Source: Bacilli bacterium
GTDB lineage: Bacteria > Bacillota_I > Bacilli_A > RFN20 > CAG-826
Assembly: GCA_024408105.1 (NCBI GenBank)
Contig: JAKSVG010000004.1
Location: 1,151 to 65,150, forward strand
Direction: 5' to 3'
DNA length: 64,000 bases
The notes beneath the pieces were generated by a model, which saw only the letters and a list, made by a program, of their open reading frames with translations, searched no databases and was not told the origin of the DNA. Shown here piece after piece: positions 1-9,250 of the stretch. Positions within the stretch are counted from its first letter, which is position 1. Every line of letters begins with the position of its first letter. The position numbers and the translations under genes were made by a program.

Positions 1-536
1 CCTGAAGCTAATCTAAGGATGACGTGTTTTCCTTCTGCGCCAAGTACTTGTGCACTTGTACCTGCAGCTCTACACATTTGTCCACCCTTCTTTGGTGATA
101 ACTCTACGTTATGGACGAATGTACCTTCAGGTATATTCTTTAACGGAAGAGCATTTCCGACTTTGATATCGACATTTTCACCGGAGACAACTTTATCTCC
201 GACCTTGACTCCGCTTGGAGCAAGGATATATCTCTTTTCGCCATCACTATAGACAACGAGCAAGATATTTGCGTTACGGTTTGGATCATATTCCACCGCT
301 TTGACTGTTCCGACGATTCCATCTTTGTTACGTTTGAAGTCGACGATTCTATAACGACGTTTATGTCCACCACCGATGTGACGTGTTGTAATAACACCTT
401 GGTTATTACGACCGCCAGATTTGCTAAGTTTAACTGTTAAACTTTTTTCAGGAGTTGATTTGGTGATTTCTTCGAACGTCAAATTCGTCATATTACGTCT
501 GGACGGTGATGTCGGTCTGTAAGTTCTGATTGACAT
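1..536 (-). CDS. rplB: 50S ribosomal protein L2, N-terminal ~178 codons (3' end lies beyond the window edge)
   Basis: Absent from the ORF track because no stop codon is in the window. My reverse-strand translation from ATG 536-534 gives [26 protein letters not shown]...[24 protein letters not shown]...YDPNRNANI, a canonical L2 N-terminus. It follows rplW as in S10 operons. Confidence 0.95.
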   Translation of the reverse strand, partial: MSIRTYRPTSPSRRNMTNLTFEEITKSTPEKSLTVKLSKSGGRNNQGVITTRHIGGGHKRRYRIVDFKRNKDGIVGTVKAVEYDPNRNANILLVVYSDGEKRYILAPSGVKVGDKVVSGENVDIKVGNALPLKNIPEGTFVHNVELSPKKGGQMCRAAGTSAQVLGAEGKHVILRLAS

Positions 537-571
537 ATTTTTTCTCCTATAATGTGTAATCCTATTTCAGA

Positions 572-895
572 TTATTCTTTGAAGAGGTCAAGTGCTTCTC
601 CCTCAGCGAGAGTGACGACCGCTTTCTTATAACCAGAGATTGTTCCTTTATAACGGCCACCTCTAGTTGTTTCTTTTGCAGGAACATTTACAATGTTGAC
701 ATTAACTGCTTTGACACCGAAGACGGCTTCAAATGCTTTCTTAACTTCTCTGCGATTAGCTGAGCCTTTAACGCGTAATGTAACTTTGTTTTGCTCTTGC
801 ATGAGGGACATTGATTTTTCTGTGATAACTGGCTCAAGAATAAGATCAAAGTCATGAATTGAAGCTTTGCTTTTAGCGACTGCTTTCTTTGCCAT
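572..895 (-). CDS. rplW: 50S ribosomal protein L23
   Basis: 107-aa ORF with an L23-like sequence (ILEPVITEKS...KVTLRV...ANRREVKKAFEAVFGVKV). Position between rplD and rplB. Confidence 0.95.
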   Translation of the reverse strand: MAKKAVAKSKASIHDFDLILEPVITEKSMSLMQEQNKVTLRVKGSANRREVKKAFEAVFGVKAVNVNIVNVPAKETTRGGRYKGTISGYKKAVVTLAEGEALDLFKE

Positions 896-898
896 AAA

Positions 899-1540
899 TT
901 ATTTGCCCTCCTTTAATGATTCTTCAACTAATTTAATAGTTGCTGTGTCCATAACTAGATGATCGAAGTACATTAAGTCATAGACTGAGACATTGTTAGC
1001 GCTTGTAATAACTAAGCCGGCAATGTTTTGTGCACTGAGAATGAGTTTTTCATTATCTTCTGAGAGAATAAGAAGAACTTTTCCAGTAGCTTTAAGACCT
1101 GAGAGTGATTTAGCAAAGTCTTTAGTAGAAACTTTTGAAACTTTGAATGAATCAACAACAACGAGGTCTTTAACCTTTGAAGAGTATGCACATCTTAATG
1201 CGAGCGCATGTTCTTTGCGGTTTTGAGCGAGTTTGTGGTTTTGGACACCTGTTGGGCCAAAGACTGTACCACCGCCAACCCAGATTGGGGAACGGGAGCT
1301 TCCAGCTCTAGCACGACCTGTGCCTTTTTGTCTCCATGGCTTCTTGCCACCACCGCTTACTTCATCACGCTTTTTTGTTTTAGCGGTGTCTTGACGCATG
1401 TTAGCTTGATAAACCTTAACGGCATCATACATAACTTGCTTATTCTCTTTGACACCAAATACTGATGCATCGAGAGTTAAATCAGAGACCTTTTCACCTG
1501 CTAGAGAATAGACAGGGACTGTAATATTCTTTGTTGCCAT
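899..1540 (-). CDS. rplD: 50S ribosomal protein L4
   Basis: 213-aa ORF with the L4 hallmark GGGKKPWRQKGTGRARAGSSRSPIWVGGG. S10-operon position. Confidence 0.95.
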   Translation of the reverse strand: MATKNITVPVYSLAGEKVSDLTLDASVFGVKENKQVMYDAVKVYQANMRQDTAKTKKRDEVSGGGKKPWRQKGTGRARAGSSRSPIWVGGGTVFGPTGVQNHKLAQNRKEHALALRCAYSSKVKDLVVVDSFKVSKVSTKDFAKSLSGLKATGKVLLILSEDNEKLILSAQNIAGLVITSANNVSVYDLMYFDHLVMDTATIKLVEESLKEGK

Positions 1541-1542
1541 AA

Positions 1543-2421
1543 CTATTCTCCTTTCTTTTCTTCAGAAACTGGTGTAGCTTCTGGAGCGACTTCTGCTGCA
1601 GCTTCTGCTTTTTTAGCTTCTTCAGCAGCTTTCTTGGCGGCTTCTTCAGCAGCCTTTGCTTCTAAGGCAGCTTGTCTTGCAGCTTCCTCTTCAGCTTTTT
1701 TAGTAGCTTCGGCAGCAGCTTTTGCTTCTGCAGCGGCTCTTGCTTCTGCTTCTAAGTCAACAAGACCTTTAATGACTTCTTTAGTACCAAGTTGAGCTTT
1801 AATTGCTGTTCTAATAGTAACTAATGATTTCTTTGGTCCTGGAACTGCGCCTTTAATCAAGATGTAATTCTTTTCAGCATTTACTTCAACAACCTTTAAG
1901 TTAAGAATTGTGGCTGAGAGATTACCGTGATGTCCAGACATTTTCTTACCTGGAATGACGCGTGCGTTATTACGTCCGTTATTAGCAAATGAACCTTGTC
2001 CTCTGTGATAGCCAGATCCGTGACCTTTTGGTCCGATCTTATGACCCCAGCGTTTGATGGTGCCTGCATATCCGCGACCTTTTGAGGTTCCGATTACGTC
2101 AACAACATCACCAGCTTGGAAGATATCAGCAGTAACTTTATCGCCGACATTGTATGATGCTAATTCATCACCTTTAATTTCAGCGAGAACCTTAGTTGCT
2201 TTAACATTTGCTTTTGCGAAATGTCCGCGTTCTGGTCCATTGACTTTGCTTTCTTTCTTTTCTTCAAATCCGACTTGGAGAGCGGCATAGCCATCTTTCT
2301 CTAATGTTTTGACTTGAGTAACGACGTTTGGTAAGACTTCAATAACTGTAACAGCATACATAGTGCCATCTTTTGCGAAGACTTCTGTCATGCCCATTTT
2401 ACGACCAACTATTTGTTTCAT
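1543..2421 (-). CDS. rplC: 50S ribosomal protein L3 with an ~80-aa Ala/Glu/Lys-rich C-terminal extension
   Basis: The N-terminal ~210 aa are canonical L3 (GTSKGRGYAGTIKRWG, GSFANNGRNNARVIPGKKMSGHHG). The tail is AEARAAAEAKAAAEATKKAEEEAARQ... to aa 292. Confidence 0.95.
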   Translation of the reverse strand: MKQIVGRKMGMTEVFAKDGTMYAVTVIEVLPNVVTQVKTLEKDGYAALQVGFEEKKESKVNGPERGHFAKANVKATKVLAEIKGDELASYNVGDKVTADIFQAGDVVDVIGTSKGRGYAGTIKRWGHKIGPKGHGSGYHRGQGSFANNGRNNARVIPGKKMSGHHGNLSATILNLKVVEVNAEKNYILIKGAVPGPKKSLVTIRTAIKAQLGTKEVIKGLVDLEAEARAAAEAKAAAEATKKAEEEAARQAALEAKAAEEAAKKAAEEAKKAEAAAEVAPEATPVSEEKKGE

Positions 2422-2435
2422 CTTGCCTTACCTCC

Positions 2436-2747
2436 TTATAACTTGATGTCGATATCTACTCCACTAGGTAAGTCGAGACGTTTAAGCATGTCGACTGTTT
2501 CTTTCTTGAAATTAGTGATATCGATCAATCTCTTGTGTGTTCTGATCTCAAACTGTTCACGTGAATCTTTATATTTGTGGACAGCACGTAAGATCGTATA
2601 AACTTGTTTTTCCGTCGGGAGTGGAATAGGACCCACAACATTGGCCCCAGTATCTTTCGCTGCTTTTACAATCTTTGCAACACTAGCATCTAGTATCTTG
2701 TGATCATAAGCTTGCAAACGAACCCGAATGCTTTTTACTTTTGCCAT
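2436..2747 (-). CDS. rpsJ: 30S ribosomal protein S10
   Basis: 103-aa ORF ([14 protein letters not shown]...GPIPLPT...[18 protein letters not shown]). Strong SD AAGGAGG at 2755-2761 (minus strand). Confidence 0.95.
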   Translation of the reverse strand: MAKVKSIRVRLQAYDHKILDASVAKIVKAAKDTGANVVGPIPLPTEKQVYTILRAVHKYKDSREQFEIRTHKRLIDITNFKKETVDMLKRLDLPSGVDIDIKL

Positions 2748-2873
2748 GAATTTTCCTCCTTATAACTTCTTTTCAGGCTTTTAGAGATCGCTCAATGCGA
2801 ATTCCCTGATCACTGTATCATGACAACGCCTGTCAGTGTATCAGCAACCTCGCATATCAACGCAAACGCTAAC
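2748..2873 (-). promoter_or_regulatory. Structured 5' leader of the S10 operon (candidate autoregulatory r-protein leader)
   Basis: Locally GC-rich ~125 nt upstream of rpsJ in an otherwise AT-rich spacer. The minus-strand RNA can form a long hairpin. It has a closing helix AUGCGA/UCGCAU (plus coords 2850-2855 / 2795-2800) and a 10-bp helix CUGAU(A)CACUG/CAGUGAUCAG (2834-2844 / 2806-2815). Confidence 0.4.
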
Positions 2874-2880
2874 GTGTAAT

Positions 2881-2909
2881 AATATACGCCTATAAAATAT
2901 ATCGCGCAA
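2881..2909 (-). promoter_or_regulatory. Candidate sigma-70-type promoter of the S10 operon
   Basis: Minus strand TTGCGC (2909-2904), 17-nt spacer, TATATT (2886-2881). By-eye match only; other AT-rich hexamers nearby are possible. Confidence 0.3.
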
Positions 2910-2980
2910 GTACAAAATAAAAAACTACTATATAAACGTGCAAAAATAAGATTTAAAATTGAACGGATGAAAAACAACAA

Positions 2981-3159
2981 ATTTTTAAGAATTTTTGCTA
3001 AGTTAATTCTTTGAATTATATATGAAAGAAAGTATAATTTTTTAAAATTTTACGATTTTGTGATTTTTTGCATTTTTTGCACCGAAAAATTATTTATAAA
3101 ATTTGTTAGTATTTTTAAGAATTTTAGTAAGTTTTTACTCCAAAATATTGTGATTTTTT
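2981..3159. repeat. Duplicated A/T-tract motifs upstream of the S10 promoter
   Basis: ATTTTTAAGAATTTT(T)GCTAAGTT at 2981-3004 and ATTTTTAAGAATTTTAGTAAGTT at 3111-3133. TTGTGATTTTTT at 3058-3069 and 3148-3159. Phased A/T tracts throughout. Confidence 0.4.
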
Positions 3160-3194
3160 AATGAAAATATAGTGATTATTTTAGGCAAAATGGA

Positions 3195-4487
3195 TCATTT
3201 TTGCTTTTGCTTTTTTATGTATTTTTCGCTTTCAATTTGATACTCATTAAAACGTTCTTGAAGAATTTTTGTAAGTTTAGAAATTGATTCTTTTTGCTTC
3301 ATTTCTTCTTCTGTAAAAATGTCTTCTAAGTATAATGTTTTTCCAATTAAAACGTGATTTAATCTGAAAGGTTTGTATGGCTTTACCATATAGTAAAAAT
3401 GAATTGGTGAGTTTGTCATTAAAGCAAAATATGAAGCACCATCATGCAATTCTTCTATAACTTCACCTCGAATATGTCCTTCAGGATAAATACCAACAAC
3501 ACCTTCACCTTTTAACAAATTAATGACCTCTAAAAAACATCTTGGATCAGCAACATCATTTTTTCTATCATAACGAATGCTTAGAAGGTGTTTTAAGACC
3601 CAACCCATGATGCTATATAATTCAGCAGCAACAATTGTGTGAACACGCCTAGAGAAATAATGCATTGAAAGAATTGGAGCGTCCGAAAATCCTCTATGCT
3701 TAGAGACAATGATGCCTCTACCAACTATCTTTCTATCTTTTTTTGTTGCTCCATTCACATAGTGAAACCTCGTAGGAAACACGATTTTATTAGGCAACCA
3801 TAAAACAGCTTTAGCAATATCTAAAAACCAAGCATATTTATTAAAAACATTCCTGGTCTTATATTTACGGTAAATAGACATTTTGCGTTTAAGCTCATTG
3901 GTTTTAGAACGTAAAATTTCGCAAACTTTTCTAACTTCATCTGCTGAAGGACTATTACTTTTAATATAATCGCGCACGTAAAAAGGTTTTCCCATTATTA
4001 TTCTTGTTCTTTTTAATCTAAAATAGTGCGCATCTATATAGTGAGGAATAATTGGAGCACCAGTTCTTAAGGCAAGATAAACAACAGATGGTTTAAATGT
4101 ATCAATTTTTCCATCGTGAATAATATGTCCTTCTGGGAATATTGTTATAACTCCACCTTTTTTCAATGTGCGTTCAGCTTCTCCCATGAAAGTTAAATCA
4201 CTTCTCTCACGATGTACCATGATACTTTTCATAACATCGCACATAAAACCTAAAATTGGATGATTATATATGGCTTCGCTAACAAGAAATCTTTGGGTTC
4301 TAAATGGATGAGCAAAAACCATTGTAAAAAAATCCATTATATGAGTATGGTTAGAAATAAAAATGGCTCCACCTTTAATAGACCTAGTCTTTTTATAAGG
4401 ATCTTCTAAATAATATCGTTGTCTTAAAAGGAGCCATAAAGAAGGTAAACCAGTAAGTTTAAAAATAAATCTTAAAAAAGCTTTCAT
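3195..4487 (-). CDS. Tandem-domain lysophospholipid/glycerolipid acyltransferase (two PlsC-type domains in one chain)
   Basis: 430 aa with two copies of the acyltransferase signature: NHTHIMD ... FPEGH in the N-half and KHRGFSD ... YPEGH in the C-half. The start overlaps the queH stop as ATGA (4484-4487). Confidence 0.75.
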   Translation of the reverse strand: MKAFLRFIFKLTGLPSLWLLLRQRYYLEDPYKKTRSIKGGAIFISNHTHIMDFFTMVFAHPFRTQRFLVSEAIYNHPILGFMCDVMKSIMVHRERSDLTFMGEAERTLKKGGVITIFPEGHIIHDGKIDTFKPSVVYLALRTGAPIIPHYIDAHYFRLKRTRIIMGKPFYVRDYIKSNSPSADEVRKVCEILRSKTNELKRKMSIYRKYKTRNVFNKYAWFLDIAKAVLWLPNKIVFPTRFHYVNGATKKDRKIVGRGIIVSKHRGFSDAPILSMHYFSRRVHTIVAAELYSIMGWVLKHLLSIRYDRKNDVADPRCFLEVINLLKGEGVVGIYPEGHIRGEVIEELHDGASYFALMTNSPIHFYYMVKPYKPFRLNHVLIGKTLYLEDIFTEEEMKQKESISKLTKILQERFNEYQIESEKYIKKQKQK

Positions 4488-5137
4488 TTATTTCTCTCTT
4501 GCTCCTTAATTATTCCTTTGGAATATGTGTATTTACATCCACAGTATAATTGTTGATATAAGTTATACTTAATTCTCATTTCACGAGCAATATCAATTCC
4601 TTTATTTTTCTTAAAATCGGAATAGAAATATTTAACATTAGGATATTTAAAAGATAATTTTTGACCAATTTCATTTAATACTTGTGAATTTTTCTGCCTA
4701 GAAATAGTCATGACAGTTGTGAAATAATCAAAACCATTTTCTGAGGCATATCGATATGCTTCATCCATTCTTTTTTCATAGCAAATAAAGCATCTGGTGT
4801 GACCTTCAGGCATATCTTTGTATGGTTCTAAATCCAGATTATATTTATCATTGTCATATTGAGTAACAATCAACTCAACATTATAGCCATAATCCCTTTT
4901 TATATATGTAAGTAATTTTTCTAGTTCATTAAGCCGTCTATCATATTCACTTTTTGGATAAATATTTGAATTATTAAAATACAAGGTCACATTAAAATAT
5001 GGACATAAATCTAATAAAGGAAATATAGAACACGGTCCACAGCAAGCATGCATTAAAATGCGTGGTTTTCTCTGCAAATCCTTGATATTATCTAGAATTT
5101 GTCGAGATTTTATATAATAATTAATCTTCGCTTCCAT
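4484..5137 (-). CDS. queH: Epoxyqueuosine reductase QueH (DUF208 family)
   Basis: HACCGPCS near the N-terminus and YCGCKY near the C-terminus are typical of QueH. I prefer ATG 5137-5135 (MEAKINYY...) over the track start at 5203, which would overlap queA by 83 nt. Confidence 0.8.
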   Translation of the reverse strand: MEAKINYYIKSRQILDNIKDLQRKPRILMHACCGPCSIFPLLDLCPYFNVTLYFNNSNIYPKSEYDRRLNELEKLLTYIKRDYGYNVELIVTQYDNDKYNLDLEPYKDMPEGHTRCFICYEKRMDEAYRYASENGFDYFTTVMTISRQKNSQVLNEIGQKLSFKYPNVKYFYSDFKKNKGIDIAREMRIKYNLYQQLYCGCKYTYSKGIIKEQERNK

Positions 5138-6157
5138 GAATAAACATTGAGTCTCCGAATGAGAAAAATCTATATTTAGAATCAACAGCATGTTTATATA
5201 CATCTAAAGTAAATTCTCTACCCATAAGTGCAGAAACAAGCATGATTAAAGTAGACTTAGGTAAATGGAAATTAGTAATTAAGGCATCAATTGCTAAAAA
5301 CTTATATCCTGGTTTAATAAAAATTGCTGTATCTTCTTCAGCTTCAGTAAAAACACCATACTTTTGAATATTAGCTTCCAATGTTCTTGTTGCTGTTGTA
5401 CCAACAGCAATAATACGTCGTTTTTCTTTTTTAGCAATATTTAATCTCTCTGCAACATGCTTATCAATATGATAATGTTCTGTATGCATAACATGTTCTT
5501 CAACAGTTTTTTCTTTAACTGGCTTGAAGGTTCCTAGTCCTATATTTAAAGTAATGTCTAAAATTTCAATCCCTTTAGCTTTAATTTTTTTTAATAATTC
5601 AGGAGTAAAGTGAAATCCTGCAGTAGGTGCAGCAGCACTACCAAGAACTTTTGCATATACAGTTTGATAACGAGAATTATCTTCACATTGTTTTTTAATA
5701 TAAGGTGGTAAAGGCATATTTCCAACATCATTTAATATTTCAAGAAAAATACCTTTATAAATAAATTTCATAATTCGAATGCCTTCTTCTTTAATTTCTA
5801 AGCATTCAGCTTTCAGCAAACCATTTTTGAATGAGATTATTGAACCTACCTTAATTGGCTTCGCATTCCCTGTTAAGCATTCCCAAATATCGCCTTCAAT
5901 TTGTTTTAAAAGAAGAACCTCAACATGTGCTCCAGTTCCTTCTTTTTCGCCGAATAATCTTGCAGGTAATACTTTAGTATTATTTCTAACTAGCACATCA
6001 CCTTTATGAAGATAATCAATAATGTCATGAAAAACTTTGTCTTCATATGTTTTTTTATCTTTATTTATAACTAAAAGTTTTGATTCATCCCTTACCTTTG
6101 AAGGAGATTGGGCAATCAATTCTTCGGGCAAATTAAAATTAAATAATTCTATATCCA

Positions 6158-6158
<1 letters not shown>
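5121..6158 (-). CDS. queA: S-adenosylmethionine:tRNA ribosyltransferase-isomerase
   Basis: 345 aa, full-length QueA-like (FNFNLPEELIAQSP...VGTTATRTLE...FFSFGDSMFI). Confidence 0.95.
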
Positions 6159-7296
<1,138 letters not shown>

Positions 7297-7327
7297 CATT
7301 GCAAAATATTTTTTGCACCCTTATATA

Positions 7328-7777
7328 TTATTTTTCAGGAAAGACATCATCAAGAGATAAGAATTCTTTACTTGTATCAGATGAACTTTCTATAACGTCT
7401 AATACAAGAAATACATCGCTAGATTTTTCAAACAAATGTAAAATCTGTTTAACTTTGCAAATCATTTGAACTTTTGCGCCCTGAATCAAAATCGCATTAT
7501 TTTTAACAAGATATTCGACTTTTGCAAATTTATTATATGTATCGGAATGATTATCACCGAAAAGCAATGCAATATCTTTTTGATTTTTGCTTAAAGAAGA
7601 AACACCAACAAGATCATTAATTTCGATGTTTTTTCCTGTTATTGACTGTGATCCTAATAGCATTCCAACTTTATCGTAATCAAGCATTGTAGACCATGCA
7701 CAAGTCATGCCTAATTTTTTACCATTTTTCGTTAATGTGATGACATTTGCGCCACATTTAAATGCTCTTAAACTCAT
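7328..7777 (-). CDS. Flavin-reductase-like (FMN-binding split-barrel) protein
   Basis: 149 aa. The pattern NVITLTKNGKKLGMTCAWSTML...VGVSSLSKNQKDIALLFGDNHSDTYNKF resembles the Flavin_Reduct domain. Own GAGG SD; starts 10 nt after the queT stop. Confidence 0.55.
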   Translation of the reverse strand: MSLRAFKCGANVITLTKNGKKLGMTCAWSTMLDYDKVGMLLGSQSITGKNIEINDLVGVSSLSKNQKDIALLFGDNHSDTYNKFAKVEYLVKNNAILIQGAKVQMICKVKQILHLFEKSSDVFLVLDVIESSSDTSKEFLSLDDVFPEK

Positions 7778-7787
7778 ACCACTTACC

Positions 7788-8291
7788 TCACCATTTAAAA
7801 TTAAAATTTCTATTAGCCCTTATAGCTTTTCTAAAGAATTCTTTTTTACCTAAAAGGATAAAAAAGATATATCCAAATACAACAACAGCAATTGCTTCTC
7901 CAGCTGCAACTAATCCAACATTAATCCAGAAAGGTTCTTGAAGTAAAATGTATAATTCAGCGCCAACAACAAAAGCATTAATTATTACAGGAAAAATTGA
8001 CGCAATTAATAAATGCTTGGAGAACGAAACTAATATACAAGATAATAATGTGGCTAATGTGCCAAACAAAACATCCCAACCCCCTAGTGGAGATATAATA
8101 TTTGCGAATGCACAGCCGATTGTGATGCCGATTGTGTAATCTCTTCTAAAAAAGCAAAGCAAAATTAGCATTTCAGCAATACGAATTTGCATTCCCATAA
8201 ACGAGAATGATGATGTTAGAAATGTTAATAAAAAATATATTGCCGCAACAATCCCATTAGCTGCTATTGTTTTGACAATACTATCATTCAT
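7788..8291 (-). CDS. queT: Queuosine-precursor transporter QueT (ECF-type S component family)
   Basis: 167-aa polytopic membrane protein (NGIVAAIYFLLTF...MQIRIAEMLILL...). It lies in the queuosine cluster and is preceded by a preQ1-type aptamer. Confidence 0.75.
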   Translation of the reverse strand: MNDSIVKTIAANGIVAAIYFLLTFLTSSFSFMGMQIRIAEMLILLCFFRRDYTIGITIGCAFANIISPLGGWDVLFGTLATLLSCILVSFSKHLLIASIFPVIINAFVVGAELYILLQEPFWINVGLVAAGEAIAVVVFGYIFFILLGKKEFFRKAIRANRNFNFKW

Positions 8292-8298
8292 ATTTATT

Positions 8299-8333
8299 CC
8301 TTGTTTTGTATGTGGTTAATGCAAGGCAACACA
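8299..8333 (-). promoter_or_regulatory. preQ1 class I riboswitch (translational, SD-sequestering pseudoknot)
   Basis: Minus-strand RNA is UGUG-UU-GCCUUG-CAUUAAC-CACA-UACAAAA-CAAGG, then AAUAAAUAU-AUG. P1 is UGUG/CACA and P2 is CCUUG/CAAGG (the SD). UAAC precedes the P1 return strand and L3 is A-rich. Confidence 0.65.
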
Positions 8334-8340
8334 AAAATAA

Positions 8341-9240
8341 CTATTCGTTAATAATTGCCTGAGCTATAAGCTCAGCAACAGACAAAACTTTTACTCCTTT
8401 AATTTGCTTTTCTATTGTATCGGTAATAAAAACACCTTTAATGTGTTCATCTAAGCATCCTGAAGAAAAGACGCCATGAGATGCACATATGTAAACTTCT
8501 TTAGCGCCATGAGCAATCAAAGACTCAAAAGCATTATTAATTGTCCCACAGGTGTCAATTATGTCATCGATAATGACACATGTTTTATTTTTAACATCAC
8601 CAACAACATTAATAACTTCGCTTTTATTTGGAGCAGGTCTGCGTTTATCGATAAACGCAATAGATGCACCATTAAACATCGAACCAGCATCTCTTGCTCT
8701 GAGAGCACTGCCATGATCTGGAGCGACAACTACAACATCCTTATGATTAATATTTAATTCACTTAAGAATCTAGCCATATATGAGCCAAAGAATTCTGCT
8801 GTATCTATATTGATTACTGGGCAGGAAAAGAACCCTTGAATTTGTTGAGTGTGCAAATCAACTGTTATAACTTTTGAAATGCCTACAGCTTGATAAATTT
8901 TTGCTAAAACTTTTGCTGTAATTGGTTCACCACTTCTTGCAATTCTATCCTGACGAGAATAACCAAAATAAGGGATAACCAAATTGACAGATTTAGCTTC
9001 GCTATTTAATAACGAGTCAGCAAAAATTAATATTTCAAAAATATTATCTTGTGCTGGTTCAGCAGTAGATTGAATAATATAAACATCTTTTCCACGAACA
9101 TTGCTTAGATTGCGACACATAATTTCGCCATCAGAAAACTTTTCAATCTCGACTTCGCCTAATGGAAGTTTTAATATTGAAGCAATTTCATAAGCCAATT
9201 TTTTATTGGCAGATAGATGAAAAATAATTGAATTATGCAT
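8341..9240 (-). CDS. prs: Ribose-phosphate pyrophosphokinase
   Basis: 299 aa with Prs motifs (FSDGE, VIPYFGYSRQDR, DLHTQQIQGFF, IIDDIIDTCGT). Confidence 0.9.
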   Translation of the reverse strand: MHNSIIFHLSANKKLAYEIASILKLPLGEVEIEKFSDGEIMCRNLSNVRGKDVYIIQSTAEPAQDNIFEILIFADSLLNSEAKSVNLVIPYFGYSRQDRIARSGEPITAKVLAKIYQAVGISKVITVDLHTQQIQGFFSCPVINIDTAEFFGSYMARFLSELNINHKDVVVVAPDHGSALRARDAGSMFNGASIAFIDKRRPAPNKSEVINVVGDVKNKTCVIIDDIIDTCGTINNAFESLIAHGAKEVYICASHGVFSSGCLDEHIKGVFITDTIEKQIKGVKVLSVAELIAQAIINE

Positions 9241-9250
9241 AGTTGTTATT

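Noticed and set aside
1546-1794. Repetitive GCAGC/TTC-rich DNA as a non-coding tandem repeat or CRISPR-like array
   Set aside because: It is in frame with, and continuous with, rplC, has no regular repeat-spacer periodicity, and translates to an uninterrupted Ala/Glu/Lys tail.
2770-2880. GC-rich island as a possible tRNA or other small RNA gene
   Set aside because: I could find no cloverleaf, and no T-loop (GGTTCGAATCC-like) or D-loop consensus on either strand. Its position directly between a promoter-like element and the rpsJ SD fits a 5' leader better.
5138-5203. Longer N-terminus for queH (track start at 5203)
   Set aside because: It would overlap queA by 83 nt and add a non-conserved, hydrophobic MYINMLLILNIDF... 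peptide. The internal ATG at 5137 gives a QueH-like N-terminus. The start remains somewhat uncertain because the GGAG lies about 15 nt upstream.
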